Of a stretch of DNA of 64,000 nt, positions 19,969 to 31,817 are shown one piece after another. How positions within the stretch are numbered: the stretch's first letter is position 1; each line of letters begins with the position of its first letter. This stretch comes from Hormiphora californensis (lineage: Eukaryota > Animalia > Ctenophora). The position numbers and the translations under genes are program-made. Location: contig CM035355.1 of the NCBI GenBank assembly GCA_020137815.1, forward strand, positions 4,836,001 to 4,900,000, given 5' to 3'. The notes under the pieces were generated by a model. That model was not told the origin of the DNA and did not search any database. It was given only the letters and a program-made list of their open reading frames with translations.

Positions 19969-21380
19969 CTGAAAATGAAGCAATGATAGCATCAAACGAC
20001 AAACAAGTACACAATCACGTGTAATTATCCGTGTAATGAATTTGGTCAGAAACAATGCGGTAAATTAACGCTGTTTGACTTACATTAAGGGAGTGCTTCT
20101 TCTTTCGTTTAGAAAACCGCTTCAGTAATCGAGGAATAAAATCAAACATATCTAAGCTAAAACTGGTATTTGGTTAGCTTTGTTCACTTGTTAATTTACT
20201 TATTAAGAATCTGAGTATCAACCAGAGTACCAGTCAACAGTCGCCACAGGGCACAGAACAAAATATTAAATTTCAGCAAGAAAATAGTACAGCAAAAAAA
20301 CGTCTCAAGGAGTTGGACTTAGCTTGTGCTTGCTCGAGCATGTTTACACGTAATACAGGAAATGGGAACACTCAAAACTGAATGACCAAGGTGACGTCAA
20401 ATGCAACTTGAGAGAATTTTGACCCAGGGGAGAAGAGAGGTTGGATCCAGTGGGTCCAGGACACTAAGAGGTCATAAATGATTCTCTCGCGAGATCTTGC
20501 GAAACAACAGATAGCAGAGCCCAGAGGACTTCGAGTATTTAGTTCTCAAAAAAGAGAAAAGAAAAAATATCGTGAAAAAAATCTGGATTTCGACTTTTTA
20601 GCTTTAGCTTTATTTAACGCGCGCCGCGCATTTGTTTTAATGCGCGGCTTTGCAATTGCGCGTGCAAAAAATTCACGAATATTTTTCCGTGGTATAGTCG
20701 AATTTTTTAATCAAGGGACAGGGGCCGCGCATTTACAAAAGTCTTTTTGCGCGTGCTAAACGTTTTCGCTCATATCTTCTGTTCCTGATAAGATAAAGAA
20801 TCGATCTTGGTTGCGTTGAAAATGTCTTAAAATTATCTTTCCAACGCTTCCGGGTTCAAGTCTTAAGATTGCCAGGAACTTGATCTCGATTATCACGCGC
20901 AAATACAAAGCCGCGCAACCCCTCTGAATGCGCGGCCCCCTGTCCCTTGATTAAAAAATTCGACTTTAGTTGTACACAAAAAATAGAAGTAACGAATACA
21001 TTGTGTATCTTGTTATAAAAAGGTCTGAAAGTATTTACAAAGCATTCTCTGTACAATCCATTAACATTTTCAGAGTTGAATTCGATCTAATTAGAATGCG
21101 ATCCGGATCACAAAACAATTCCGAACTGCAATTCGAGAGAATGACATTTTGGTTCCGGGCCGGGACTCTTAGAATTGATTTACGAAACTACGAGATTGAT
21201 CTAACCCATCTGGTCATCTGACCCATACTTTAAAGATCCGATTCTCAACCTGTACCGTACCCAGCTTCTGTCGGAGTACCATAGTACCATACCCAGATTC
21301 ACTCTGAATCTGATCTCAAATCAAAATCTAAAAACAACCACATTATTGTCACTATATCCGGCAGGACACGGTAAATGTCT

Positions 21381-24300
21381 CTATCTGTCCAGGTTTTCAT
21401 ACTGCTCCAGCTCGTCTCGGATGTTCTCCAAAAAGTGATTGATCTCTGCAACTCTGTGTCGGTTTCTCGATACCTCTCCCTCTAGGATCCGGGAAATGAA
21501 GCTCTCTTTGGAGTTACCAACTCTTGTCACGATGTCGTCTTCCTGATAACGGGGAAGTTGTGGTGAATAGTTGTTGATTATCATGGGACAAGAGATATTT
21601 CTACACCATTAATTTTTAGGGAAATTAATTAAAAGGGTTTATCTCGTTACCTTGTTATCAATTCGCTGATTGTGGACATCGTGTGATGTATTTACAGAGT
21701 TTGTTATCGTGTCCTTGTCGACAAACAGCTGCAAATTATCAGGGGTTAGAGATCGCCATTTCTAATATATCGTCCATCTCCAAGGTAATCAAATAACCCC
21801 CCTCCCTCCCCTCCCCCGATAAATCCATTATAACAGATCACCAGATGGCGACTAGACACGAACATACTCCTCACACCAATACGGCAATAATGACTTTTAT
21901 TTTTGGACTCATAAATAAATAAATGTTATTTTGGAAAATTACATTTAAAAAGAAGATAATTAAGTACGTCTAGTAATGAAGTAGTTATCGGCATGGTTAG
22001 ACTTATGTCTTGAAGTGGAATGTATGACAGATGTTATATTCCACCTCCGTCTACTGATCCCCAACTGCCAGCAACACCAGCTAGCTACCCACTCCTTGAC
22101 AAAAGTCCTAAAACTCTGAATAGAGAAATAGTAGAGGAGAGGGTTGGAGAAAGATGTGAAATAGTAGAGGAACGCTGATAAATAGTTGATAACTGCTGCA
22201 CCAAGTTCAGAAAAAGGAAAGTATGCCAAATTGGCTATACACTTCGTCAGTATAGGGACTGATACAATTATCTGCACGATGGCCACTAGAACTATAGTCA
22301 GAGTACCGCCCTTCACCCACGTTCCTGTGTATCTATACACCACTATTATCAGAGCCACTGTTGTCGCCACTGACGCCACCCAAACACTGATGTAGAATAT
22401 TGTGGCAGCCAAATCCGGCATTTTAATTGGTACATGTTTGAAGATAGTATCAACAACTTGACATGATTTGTGTTCACCGTTAAATTCACTACTGGAGGTA
22501 TTTGTAAAGAAAGCAACACCCACATAAATCACTCCCAGGACCCAAAGCAGTAGCGCCACAATATGGCCATCTCTCCGGCTCCGAGACCTAGCTTTCAGTG
22601 GCCATACCAGGCATGTTATCTTAGCGATACCAAGTGCTATGATCAGGACATTGTTCATGACAATACAAGTTGGGACTACAGTCCTGTTGAAGATTTGGCA
22701 GTAGCTCTCAGTTGTAGCCTCACTGAATGATACAACTCGGAACACCACCGAGGGTCCTATCTTGATGAGACCGTAGAGCAGGTCACACACGGCTAGGTGG
22801 ATCACAATTGAAATTGAGACTTTGTCTATCTTTAGCCGGTTCCGACAGGCTCTGATTACCAGGCAGTTTCCAAGGAGACAGAGAGTGAGGGAGAGAATGG
22901 ACCAGAGAAGAAACGTGATCTCCAGGTATGGATTCATGTTTAACCTCTACTCAGGTATTGCTAGGAACATTGAAATGAGTTATTATATGAGGAAAAGAAG
23001 GATTCATACTAGATAATAAACAACAATAGTACAAATAATATGAGGGCCCCAGACTGAGGTCTGAGGGCTAACGAAAGGACGGGGGACAAATAATTAGTAG
23101 AGCGCTGTGAGAGGATAGTTTTCCAGTAGTGTGATATCAGACACACGCTGTCATTACTCCAGACTGACACTACAACTAATCGGGCATTGGGGGGGGGGGG
23201 CATTTGGGGACTTAGGACAAGCAATACAACGCTATCTTTCTCTCTCTATCTCTCTGTCTCTCTCTCTCTCTAATATCCTATTGATTCAGGACTAATGATT
23301 CAGGACTAATGATTCAGGACTAATGACAGTAATAAAATTGAGCTGAAAAATAACGACATAGTGCGATAAATCTCTTTCTCAGCTATCTCCCTCACCTCTA
23401 TCTCCCTCATCTCTATCTCCCTCATCTCTATCTCTCTCTCTGCTATCTTTTTCGACTAAAAATATTCAATCAGTATTCATTAGACAAAAGCACATCTCCT
23501 ATTCTAATTCATTTCCCAGTCACGATCTCCAACAAAAGTATTGTCTCACAAAATACTGCCCTCTCCGTACCGGGACAAAAGTGCTGCGTTCGCGATGATA
23601 CAATTAGGAGCCGGCGATATCCCGATTTTTTTTTTCGATTCGATATCGATTTTTTTTTGACAATCGAAAATTTTCGATTCGATATCGATTCGATATTTTG
23701 TTATCGAAAATTTTTCGATTCGATATCGATTCGATATTTTGATATCGAAAAAATTTCGATTCGATATCGATTCGATATTTTAATATCGAAATTTTTCGAT
23801 TCGATATCGATTCGATATTTTGATATCGAAAAAAAATCGATTCGATATCGATTCGATATTTTGATATCGAAAAAAAATCGATTCGATATCGATTCGATAT
23901 TTTGATATCGAAAAAAATCGATTCGATATCGATTCGATATTTTGATATCGAAAAAAAATCGATTCGATATCGATTCGATATTTCGATATCGAAAAAAATT
24001 CGATTCGATATCGATTCGATATTTGATATCGAAAAATTTTCGATTCGATATCGATTCGATATTTTGATATCGAAAAAAATTCGATTCGATATCGATTCGA
24101 TATTTTGATATCGAAATTTTCCGATTCGATATCGATTCGATATTTTGATATCGAAAAATTTCCGATTCGATATCGATTCGATATTTTGGCATCGAAAAAT
24201 TTTCGATTCGATATCGATTCGATATTTGATATCGAAAAATTTTCGATTCGATATCGATTCGATATTTTGATATCGAAAAAATTTCGATTCGATATCGATT

Positions 24301-27300
24301 CGATATTTTGATATCGAAAAAATTTCGATTCGATATCGATTCGATATTTTGATATCGAAAAATTTCGATTCGATATCGATTCGATATTTTGGTATCGAAA
24401 AATTTTCGATTCGATATCGATTCGATATTTCGGGGAAAAAATTGCTCGATTCGATATCGATTCGATATTATCGAATCGAAATATCGATATTCCATTCGAT
24501 ATCGATATATATCGCCGGCTCCTAGATACAATCATGAAGTACCTGTGATAAAAAAGCATCACGTTTTACAACAAAGTGTAAAAATGTGTGAAACGGAGAA
24601 CCACGTTCCCGATGAGGGCTAGAAGGGGTAGCAGGTGGCCCAAGAAGAATCTATAGGATCATCTCAGATATATTTTACTAGTGATGACGCTGACTCTGGG
24701 AAGAAGAATATAATAGGGTATTTACTGAGGGTGTCATAAAGCTTAATGTTATATTATGGCACCTAACTGACGTAAGAGCTGTGTTTGGGTTACTGAAAAT
24801 AAAGTTATTATTAGAGCAATTTATATCGGTGTAATTGTAGCCTGAAACCGAGTTGGCGAGTTAGTGTGATGAAAATTACACAGCTTACAGCCATTAGGTG
24901 TTGAAAACTCGGCATGCGTTCTGTTGATAGGCTAAACTTAGGTCATTATTCCTTGAGAAATAGGGAGAAGCCATGGTTCGAAGCATAAATAGGAGAGATA
25001 AAACGAACAAATGACTTGAAGGATAGTGAAACAGCCCTGTAGAAAACAGTAAGACGTGGTATAAGACATGTCGATATATTATATATAAGGGTAGAAAGAC
25101 ATCTGGTGTAACTTGAAATTCATTCTTCTATCCCGTGAGACAATGCCATGCTAACACTATCACACACACTATTCACAGATTATAGGCCATGAACATTGAA
25201 CAGAGTGTGATAACCATTAAATGGGCCGTGGTAATTGGTTGGGTGAGGACAATGGAAGAGCTTTCTTTCTGGAAACGTTAGCTGTGGAAGGTTAAGCCAA
25301 TTTGAAAAAAAAAACTTGGGAAAAACTAGCGTAAAAGTGTGTTTTTTATTAGCTGGAGAACGCCCCAAAAAGGCGAGTCATAGAGTACAATTTGTACTAT
25401 AAATGACATACAAAGAAGGAGGGAGAGAGGGGTAGAGAGAAAATAACCTCCAAAATGGCTCTGCTCAACCAAATCTCGTGCCAGCTGTGCAGGTGCCCAC
25501 TTTGTGTATTGACAAACATTGGGTACGCATCACCCCCAATAAACAATAAGGGCCCATTTCGTGAAGAAATAATGAACATTGAACCCACCCCCACAGTCAT
25601 TAACAACATCACAATTAAAAAATAATGATTAATGAACCCACTGGCTACCCCCACACCCGTCCCTTAGCAATAACACACAATGAACCCGTACCAGTCGGAG
25701 GTCCTCAGGTAGCTCTTCCTCCAGTTCATTCTTCACCACCTTCTCCATAATCAACAGAGAGGTCTCTGTCAACTTGTCATGATGCATCAGTTCCAACTCT
25801 CGACACTGGAGGTGGGGGTGAAATGTTAGGAGAGGGGACTAGGGGAGGGGGAGTTACTCAGTTACAAATAGAAGATGTGAGGACTGAGGGGCCGACCTCC
25901 CCCAGACAACAAGAAGCACTCATTGAAAAAGGGTACATCTAGGAGGGGAGTTGTGCAGTGGATTTACATTTGCCCTAACGAAAAATGGTTAAACAAGATT
26001 TATACTGGGAAGATTTGCTAAACCTTTTTAGGGTCGAACAATGCATCTGCTAAATCAATACCTGAGTAAAGTAGTTCTGTACAGTCTCAGTAAATGTTCC
26101 ACTCATGTCACTCATAGCCCGCTCAAAGTCCTTCACAACCTCCTCCAGTTGTTCAGCCAGTTGCATCTCGTACCCCATTAGGATGTCCCAGATACTGTTT
26201 AGTTCCTCGTGTAGCTCAGATATCTTGGCATCAATAACACTAATGTCACTAATCTGGGCCAACTCGGACAGAACCTTAGGAAGGAAACATTTATAAACAA
26301 TATTATTTAGAAGAATTAATAGATAAAAGTTGAATATGGTTTAGATGAGTCGAGAGACGACTAAAGATGAGATCTTACCTTCTTTTTGTAAGACAAGAAG
26401 TCGTTGATGACCTTGACTCCCTGTGCTTTGTCAGCGTCCTTTGCTTTGTTAACAGCAGCGAGGAACAAAGATTTCTCTCCCTCCCTGTGCTGGGCCTCCC
26501 TCAACCCAAATGATACCAGCTCCTCACACACCTTGGAGAACCTGCGGAGAAATAGTTCTAAAAATAGGGTGTGGCGGATGGAATGAATATTTGAGATGTT
26601 GGATTATCTCATCCTTGATGTGGTGAGTTTGGAAAAGTAACAAATCTTTTAGAAGATCCTAACTATCACGTACTTGCTCCTGTACAGATCGAATGTTTCT
26701 ATAATCTGTGGTAGTTGGTTCAGCTTGCTGCCGTCTCCATCTTCTTGGAACATATCTTCAAACAGTTGGCCGTTCTTTAGACCATCAACAAAGGCATCCT
26801 GAGAGATGGAAAGTTGTTATTTCAAGTCTGAATTTAAGGAGTTTAGTATTGATCTACTAATTCACTGGAATAAAATGCGGTATGAGCCACACAAGTTTTA
26901 TTGGAAGACAATAAAACATACCCTAAGCATATGATCCTCAGCAATTCTAGCCCGTTCCTTCTCTTGTTTCTTCTGATCATCCTTTTCGTTGTGCTCAATA
27001 ACGTCAATAGCGTCCTGATACTTGGTAATAGCTTCTTCTCTCTGAACAAGTGGGGATGGGATGATTTACTTAACAAGAACAAGCTGAGATATTGGGAATA
27101 TAAGGATAGAGACCTACCATTTGGGTTGAGACAAGTCTAAAATCAAGATAGGAAATCTCTGGTAGATGCGCTACTACATAGGACTTATATTCGCCGTCTG
27201 CAAATGGATTCCCAGCCACATTGAGACATTGTAAGTTTGCAAACTTCCGTAGATAAACTATCTGAATGAGGGAATATCTGGTTAGGTCTCTGGTGCGGGT

Positions 27301-28105
27301 GAAGCGACACCTTCAAGCATTGATTGGGTCTTCAGTGGCACCCGTCAGTGTAACGAACTGACCAACATGCATACTCTCACGCGCGCGTCCTCTCGCTAGT
27401 TTGGGCTGCTGAAAAGTGTACTTTCATAAGGATTGAGAGCGCGCGTTCCTATGGCAACCGGTAGACCGTTCCAAAAGTACACACTCACATTGTCAATCTG
27501 AGAGAGGTTGTTGTTGCCAATACTAAACACATGGAGATCCGTCAACTGGTCCATATTTTCCAGAACTGAGATCTGGTTGTTGTAAAGTGTCAGATCTTTC
27601 AGCTTCGTCAGCTTATCCAGACCTTCGATCTTCTCAATGTTGTTGAAGGACAGATCTGTAATAGAGCAAGAGTAATGATTTTAGGAATAATTATAGGAAG
27701 AGGAACTTAGTACAGTTGGTGTACAAAATGTTATAAGACTCACCAAGCCATTCAAGATTAACCAGCGATTCGAGATTCTCAATCTTCTCTATGATGTTAT
27801 TGTCCAGTGTAAGCTTCACCAAGTTCGTGAAAAACCAAATGTTATCAATCTTCAGAATATCTGAAGAACGGAAGTTGAAGCTAGGAATCGAATCATATTG
27901 AGAACTATCTTTTGCCTTTGGTCACTAAAAAGAACAAAACCTTACTTTTAAAATCCAGTCGAAGGCTCTCAACCTCTCCAAAATCGAGCCCCTCCTTTTT
28001 GGCGATCCGGCCAGCCTCATTTGCGGGTCCCTGCTCTTCAATGCATCCATTCAACAGAACCTCATCAATAACGGTCGGCTCGAGGGTATCATAGAGCCTG
28101 TTCAT
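21381..28105 (-). CDS. DRC3: Dynein regulatory complex subunit 3 (LRRC48), about 11 exons
   Basis: N-terminus [15 protein letters not shown]...EQGP...[21 protein letters not shown] exons ([24 protein letters not shown]), [41 protein letters not shown], and C-terminus EDDIVTR...[10 protein letters not shown] match DRC3 throughout. Confidence 0.93.
21960..22937 (-). CDS. Intronless rhodopsin-like (class A) 7TM GPCR, 325 aa, nested in a DRC3 intron
   Basis: Seven hydrophobic segments; LLGN (TM1), HLAVCDL (TM2), conserved Trp in TM4 and SNPLLYY (NPxxY). DRY is replaced by AKI. Confidence 0.88.
   Translation of the reverse strand: MNPYLEITFLLWSILSLTLCLLGNCLVIRACRNRLKIDKVSISIVIHLAVCDLLYGLIKIGPSVVFRVVSFSEATTESYCQIFNRTVVPTCIVMNNVLIIALGIAKITCLVWPLKARSRSRRDGHIVALLLWVLGVIYVGVAFFTNTSSSEFNGEHKSCQVVDTIFKHVPIKMPDLAATIFYISVWVASVATTVALIIVVYRYTGTWVKGGTLTIVLVAIVQIIVSVPILTKCIANLAYFPFSELGAAVINYLSAFLYYFTSFSNPLLYYFSIQSFRTFVKEWVASWCCWQLGISRRRWNITSVIHSTSRHKSNHADNYFITRRT
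23605..24524. mobile_element. hAT-like non-autonomous element filled with a ~39-bp tandem repeat
   Basis: Perfect 16-bp TIR TAGGAGCCGGCGATAT / ATATCGCCGGCTCCTA. An 8-bp direct repeat GATACAAT lies at 23597-23604 and 24525-24532. The interior is roughly 20 or more units of TTCGATTCGATATCGATTCGATATTTTGATATCGAAAAA. Confidence 0.9.
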
Positions 28106-28301
28106 AGTGCTACAAAGATAGAATGATGAGAGGGATCAGGGGGGTCTGGAAGATGGGGAACCGGGAATAAAACAAGTTTCCTATAACGCTGTACAAGATA
28201 TATCTGGCATATATAATTGTACACAAATAAAAACCAATCTCACATTCCAAAAACTCAGGGGGCACTCTTGTTTTCACCCCACTCTTTCTCACTGTCCCTC
28301 A

Positions 28302-28410
28302 CAGGAACCGACCGACACAAGTAAACAACCAATCAGAACTCTTTATTTAGGTCACGTGACTGGTTATCAGCCAATCAGGGACCAGCATTTCCTGATTCGG
28401 TCGGTTCCTG
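28302..28410. mobile_element. Short hAT-like MITE between DNAL1 and DRC3
   Basis: CAGGAACCGACCGA ... TCGGTCGGTTCCTG ends; flanks GTCCCTCA / GTCCCTGG form an imperfect 8-bp duplication. Confidence 0.75.
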
Positions 28411-28448
28411 GTCCCTGGCCCTCATGTCCATCTTCTGTCCCACTAAAC

Positions 28449-29021
28449 TTAACCCTCATCTTCGTCATCTTGTCGAACAATTGGAACTCCATCCAGCTTC
28501 TTCAGTTTCACCAGCTTCTTCTCGATCTCCGGCCGCCAGGTCTGCTCCAGGGAGTGTTTCTCTTCAATTGGGTTGTTAACCATGTTCAGATCCACCAGAC
28601 AGGGCAACTCGCTCAACTTCTGCAGCTCACTCCAATCCTTAACCAGGTTGTTTGACATAAAGAGAACTTTGAGTTTCTTCAACACACCAATTCCCTTCAT
28701 TTTCTCAATCAGGTTATAGCTAATCCACAGCTCCTCAAGGGTATCTCCCACAGGCTCCAGACCGCTGAAACTCTTGATATTGTTTCGCCCCAGAGATAGG
28801 ATCTTTAGAGACTTGAGGCCGTTCAGGTTGGTGATCTTCTCAATGGCATTCGTTGACAGAGACAGTTTCTTGCAGTTGGTCAGGGTGGAAAGAGATGCGT
28901 CCATTTTCTCAATCGATGGGATTTGACATAGCAACTTGATCTCTTCAGCCTCACCCGCCTTCTCTCCACTCTTAGTCTCCCACTGGGCTAGGGCCTCTTT
29001 GATGGTGGTTCCCTTGCTCAT
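28449..29021 (-). CDS. DNAL1: Dynein axonemal light chain 1 (LC1), intronless, 190 aa
   Basis: [15 protein letters not shown]...[42 protein letters not shown]...[17 protein letters not shown]...KLKKLDG, a full-length match to DNAL1. Confidence 0.97.
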   Translation of the reverse strand: MSKGTTIKEALAQWETKSGEKAGEAEEIKLLCQIPSIEKMDASLSTLTNCKKLSLSTNAIEKITNLNGLKSLKILSLGRNNIKSFSGLEPVGDTLEELWISYNLIEKMKGIGVLKKLKVLFMSNNLVKDWSELQKLSELPCLVDLNMVNNPIEEKHSLEQTWRPEIEKKLVKLKKLDGVPIVRQDDEDEG

Positions 29022-29155
29022 TGCTATAGCTAATCGGGAAATAAACAGAGTTAGCTTGGGATCAAATATTTAAGAGATTTGTTAAAAATTGTCTAAAAAT
29101 AACATCTGTACAAATATACAATCCAAATCAAATTTCAAAGTCCCCGTGTCTCAGA

Positions 29156-31747
29156 TCATGCTTTATCATCTGTTTCATCTTTTTTAGCAATCAGAGAGTC
29201 GATTGTTGCCGCAATTTTAGTATTCGCTCCAGCCTGGTTATGTAACCTAGGGAAGTTAGAGTTGGTGTTATTACAAAGAAAAAGAGAGAGATTATGTAAT
29301 TAAAAATTTCCCCAAAAACATAAAAAATACAGATTTAAACTTGTGTGTGACTGGTTCGTCTATTTACCTGTCATTAACGATCATTTCCGCTAGTTTTCCA
29401 ACAACAGTATGATTTTCCAGTAACTTTGCGGATTTTTGCTGGAACTCCAATCTCTCTGCCAAATTATCATTCATTGTCTTCACGTGAGATCTGTGGCATT
29501 CGTTCCAGTAGCTGTTCATATCTTTAGTTATCGCCTTCACCTTCTTTCTACTACGAGTTATGATCTGTCGGTAGGTCTCTCCTTCGGACGGATAACTTAG
29601 GATTTCCTGCAGGAAAAGAAGGAGTTATTATTATTGACAAAAGTATGGAGTCAGAATTTCATGATATTTGAGATATATCTAGAGCGTACTACTCAATGTA
29701 CATAAATGTTCATTTTATGCTACGATTATTTATAACTGCTCCAGTGACTCGCTATCATAGCACTGGCAAGTGCCCCGGGCCCAAAAGGGGGGTGTGGGGG
29801 CACAGCCCCCACCATAAACGGGGGTGTGGGGGCAGAGCCCCCACCTTAGAAATACCCTCTAACTCAAAAAACAAAAGAGAGAGCACACGCAACACTTCTA
29901 CACACAAGCGCGTGAAAACCTGCCAGTGCTACTATATACCATTGCAGATTTCGGGGTTTTTGATGCTTTAAAAAAGCATGTTCCAGATGAAGTAGAGAGC
30001 TGAAATTTTGTACTCTGAGGGCCCTCATATAGGAGAAGAGGCACGCAAATTTTCAGAACGATCGGATGTAAGGTAAAAATTTGCCAGAGGGGTCCCAAAA
30101 TGCAAAAATGTAAGGAGGGGAGGGGGGGAGGACGCTTTTTTATCTTTGAGTGTTCTCCTAAACCACAAATAGTAGAGACTTGCCGTTTGGAACAGTGGTT
30201 CCTTACATCATTGCGCTCGGTAATAGCTGTGTGAGAACTTCGAAATCGCCATAGTTCATTAATTATTCATTAATTAGTCATTAAATATTCATTTAAACCA
30301 TGGTCGCGATATGACACGACTCGAAGGTCATAGAATTTTGAAACCGGTCTTATTCGACGCGGAATAGCCGATTTATGGGGGGTCTTACTCGGGACAAAAA
30401 TCTCTATCTCGCACCGTTAAGCCGTTATTTGCATATTTATGCACCTATTCACGATTTTATGCATATTTTCAATATTTTCACTTCGGCTGGTCCTAGAACG
30501 TTTTCATGGACATATATTTCGACGCAAAATAGTAGATTTATGGGGGGTCGTCCCCCGGACAAAAAGTCGTATCTCGCACCGTTAAGCCGATATTTGCATA
30601 TTTATGCACCGATTCATGATTTAATGCATATTCTGAATATTTCCAGTTCGGCTGATCCTAAAACGTTTTCATGGACATATTTCGACGCAAAATAGTCGAT
30701 TTATGGGGGGTCTTACTCGGGACAAAAATCTCTATCTGGCACCGTTAAGCCGTCATTTGCATATTTATGCACCGATTCATGATTAAATGCATATTCTTAA
30801 TATTTCCACTTCGGCTGGTCCTAGAACGTTTTCATGGACATATTCCGGCGCAGAATAGTCGATTTATGGGGGGTCGTCCCCCTGACAAAAAGTCGTATCT
30901 CTCACCGTTTAGTCGTTATTCGCATATTTGGGGGGGGGGGCCTGCCGCAAGAATCTCATGCCTCATTGGCGATTTTCAGGGTAGCTGGGATTTTTGAGAT
31001 TTTCGATTTTTGGCTAAAAAACGTGGGATTTTTGAGATTTTTGAGGCAAATTTGCGATTTTTCGGGGAAAACCCGCAAATTTTTCTCAAAAATCTCATAG
31101 GAAGGAAAAATTTCCATTCGAAAATTTGGAATAGAAACAATCCTTGTGTTTTTCTACCAAAAATCAAAATTCTGAATAGAAATTTTCCTTGTGTTCTAGT
31201 ACAAAAGTTAATGTGAAGCTAAAACATGAAATCTACCTATTTAAATTACTAAACTGCTATTATGATTCAGTTTTAAGCTAAAAAATATGTCGAAAAACTG
31301 AGTATTGGCAGCCAAAATTGTGCCAATTTACCACAAAAATCTCAAAAATCTCAAACGTTATCGAGCAAATTTTCCCAAAAATCTCAAAAATCTCATCGGC
31401 CGAAAAGAGGGTAGCTGAGATTTTTGCGGCAGGCCCCCCCCCCCCCCCCCCATATTTATGAACTATTCAAGTTCGAAAATATGTAGAAATCAGAAAAAAT
31501 AGCTTTTTCTATTCAACACCAAAAAGAACATAAATTAAGTCCAAAAACCAATTAAATAAATTAGTTTGGAATGCCCGGGCCCATGTGGTGTCACGGGGGT
31601 AACACCTTTAGGCTACTATCATAAATGATGGATATCGAGAGAGAAAAAGGCAAAGGAAATTAGGATAGAAAGAGTGAGATATAATCAAGAAAGACGGAGA
31701 GATAATAAGAGGAGAAAAAAAAAGAGGGATATAGTGAAAGAAACAGT

Positions 31748-31817
<70 letters not shown>

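Noticed and set aside
23657-24562. Long repetitive ORFs (276 aa, 260 aa) and a superficial CRISPR-like periodicity
   Set aside because: These are translations of a ~39-bp tandem repeat with no unique spacers, inside a TIR/TSD-bounded element in a eukaryotic intron.
30375-31216. ORFs of 63-106 aa
   Set aside because: They lie within tandem repeat and MITE sequence in a FAM227 intron, with no domain motifs.
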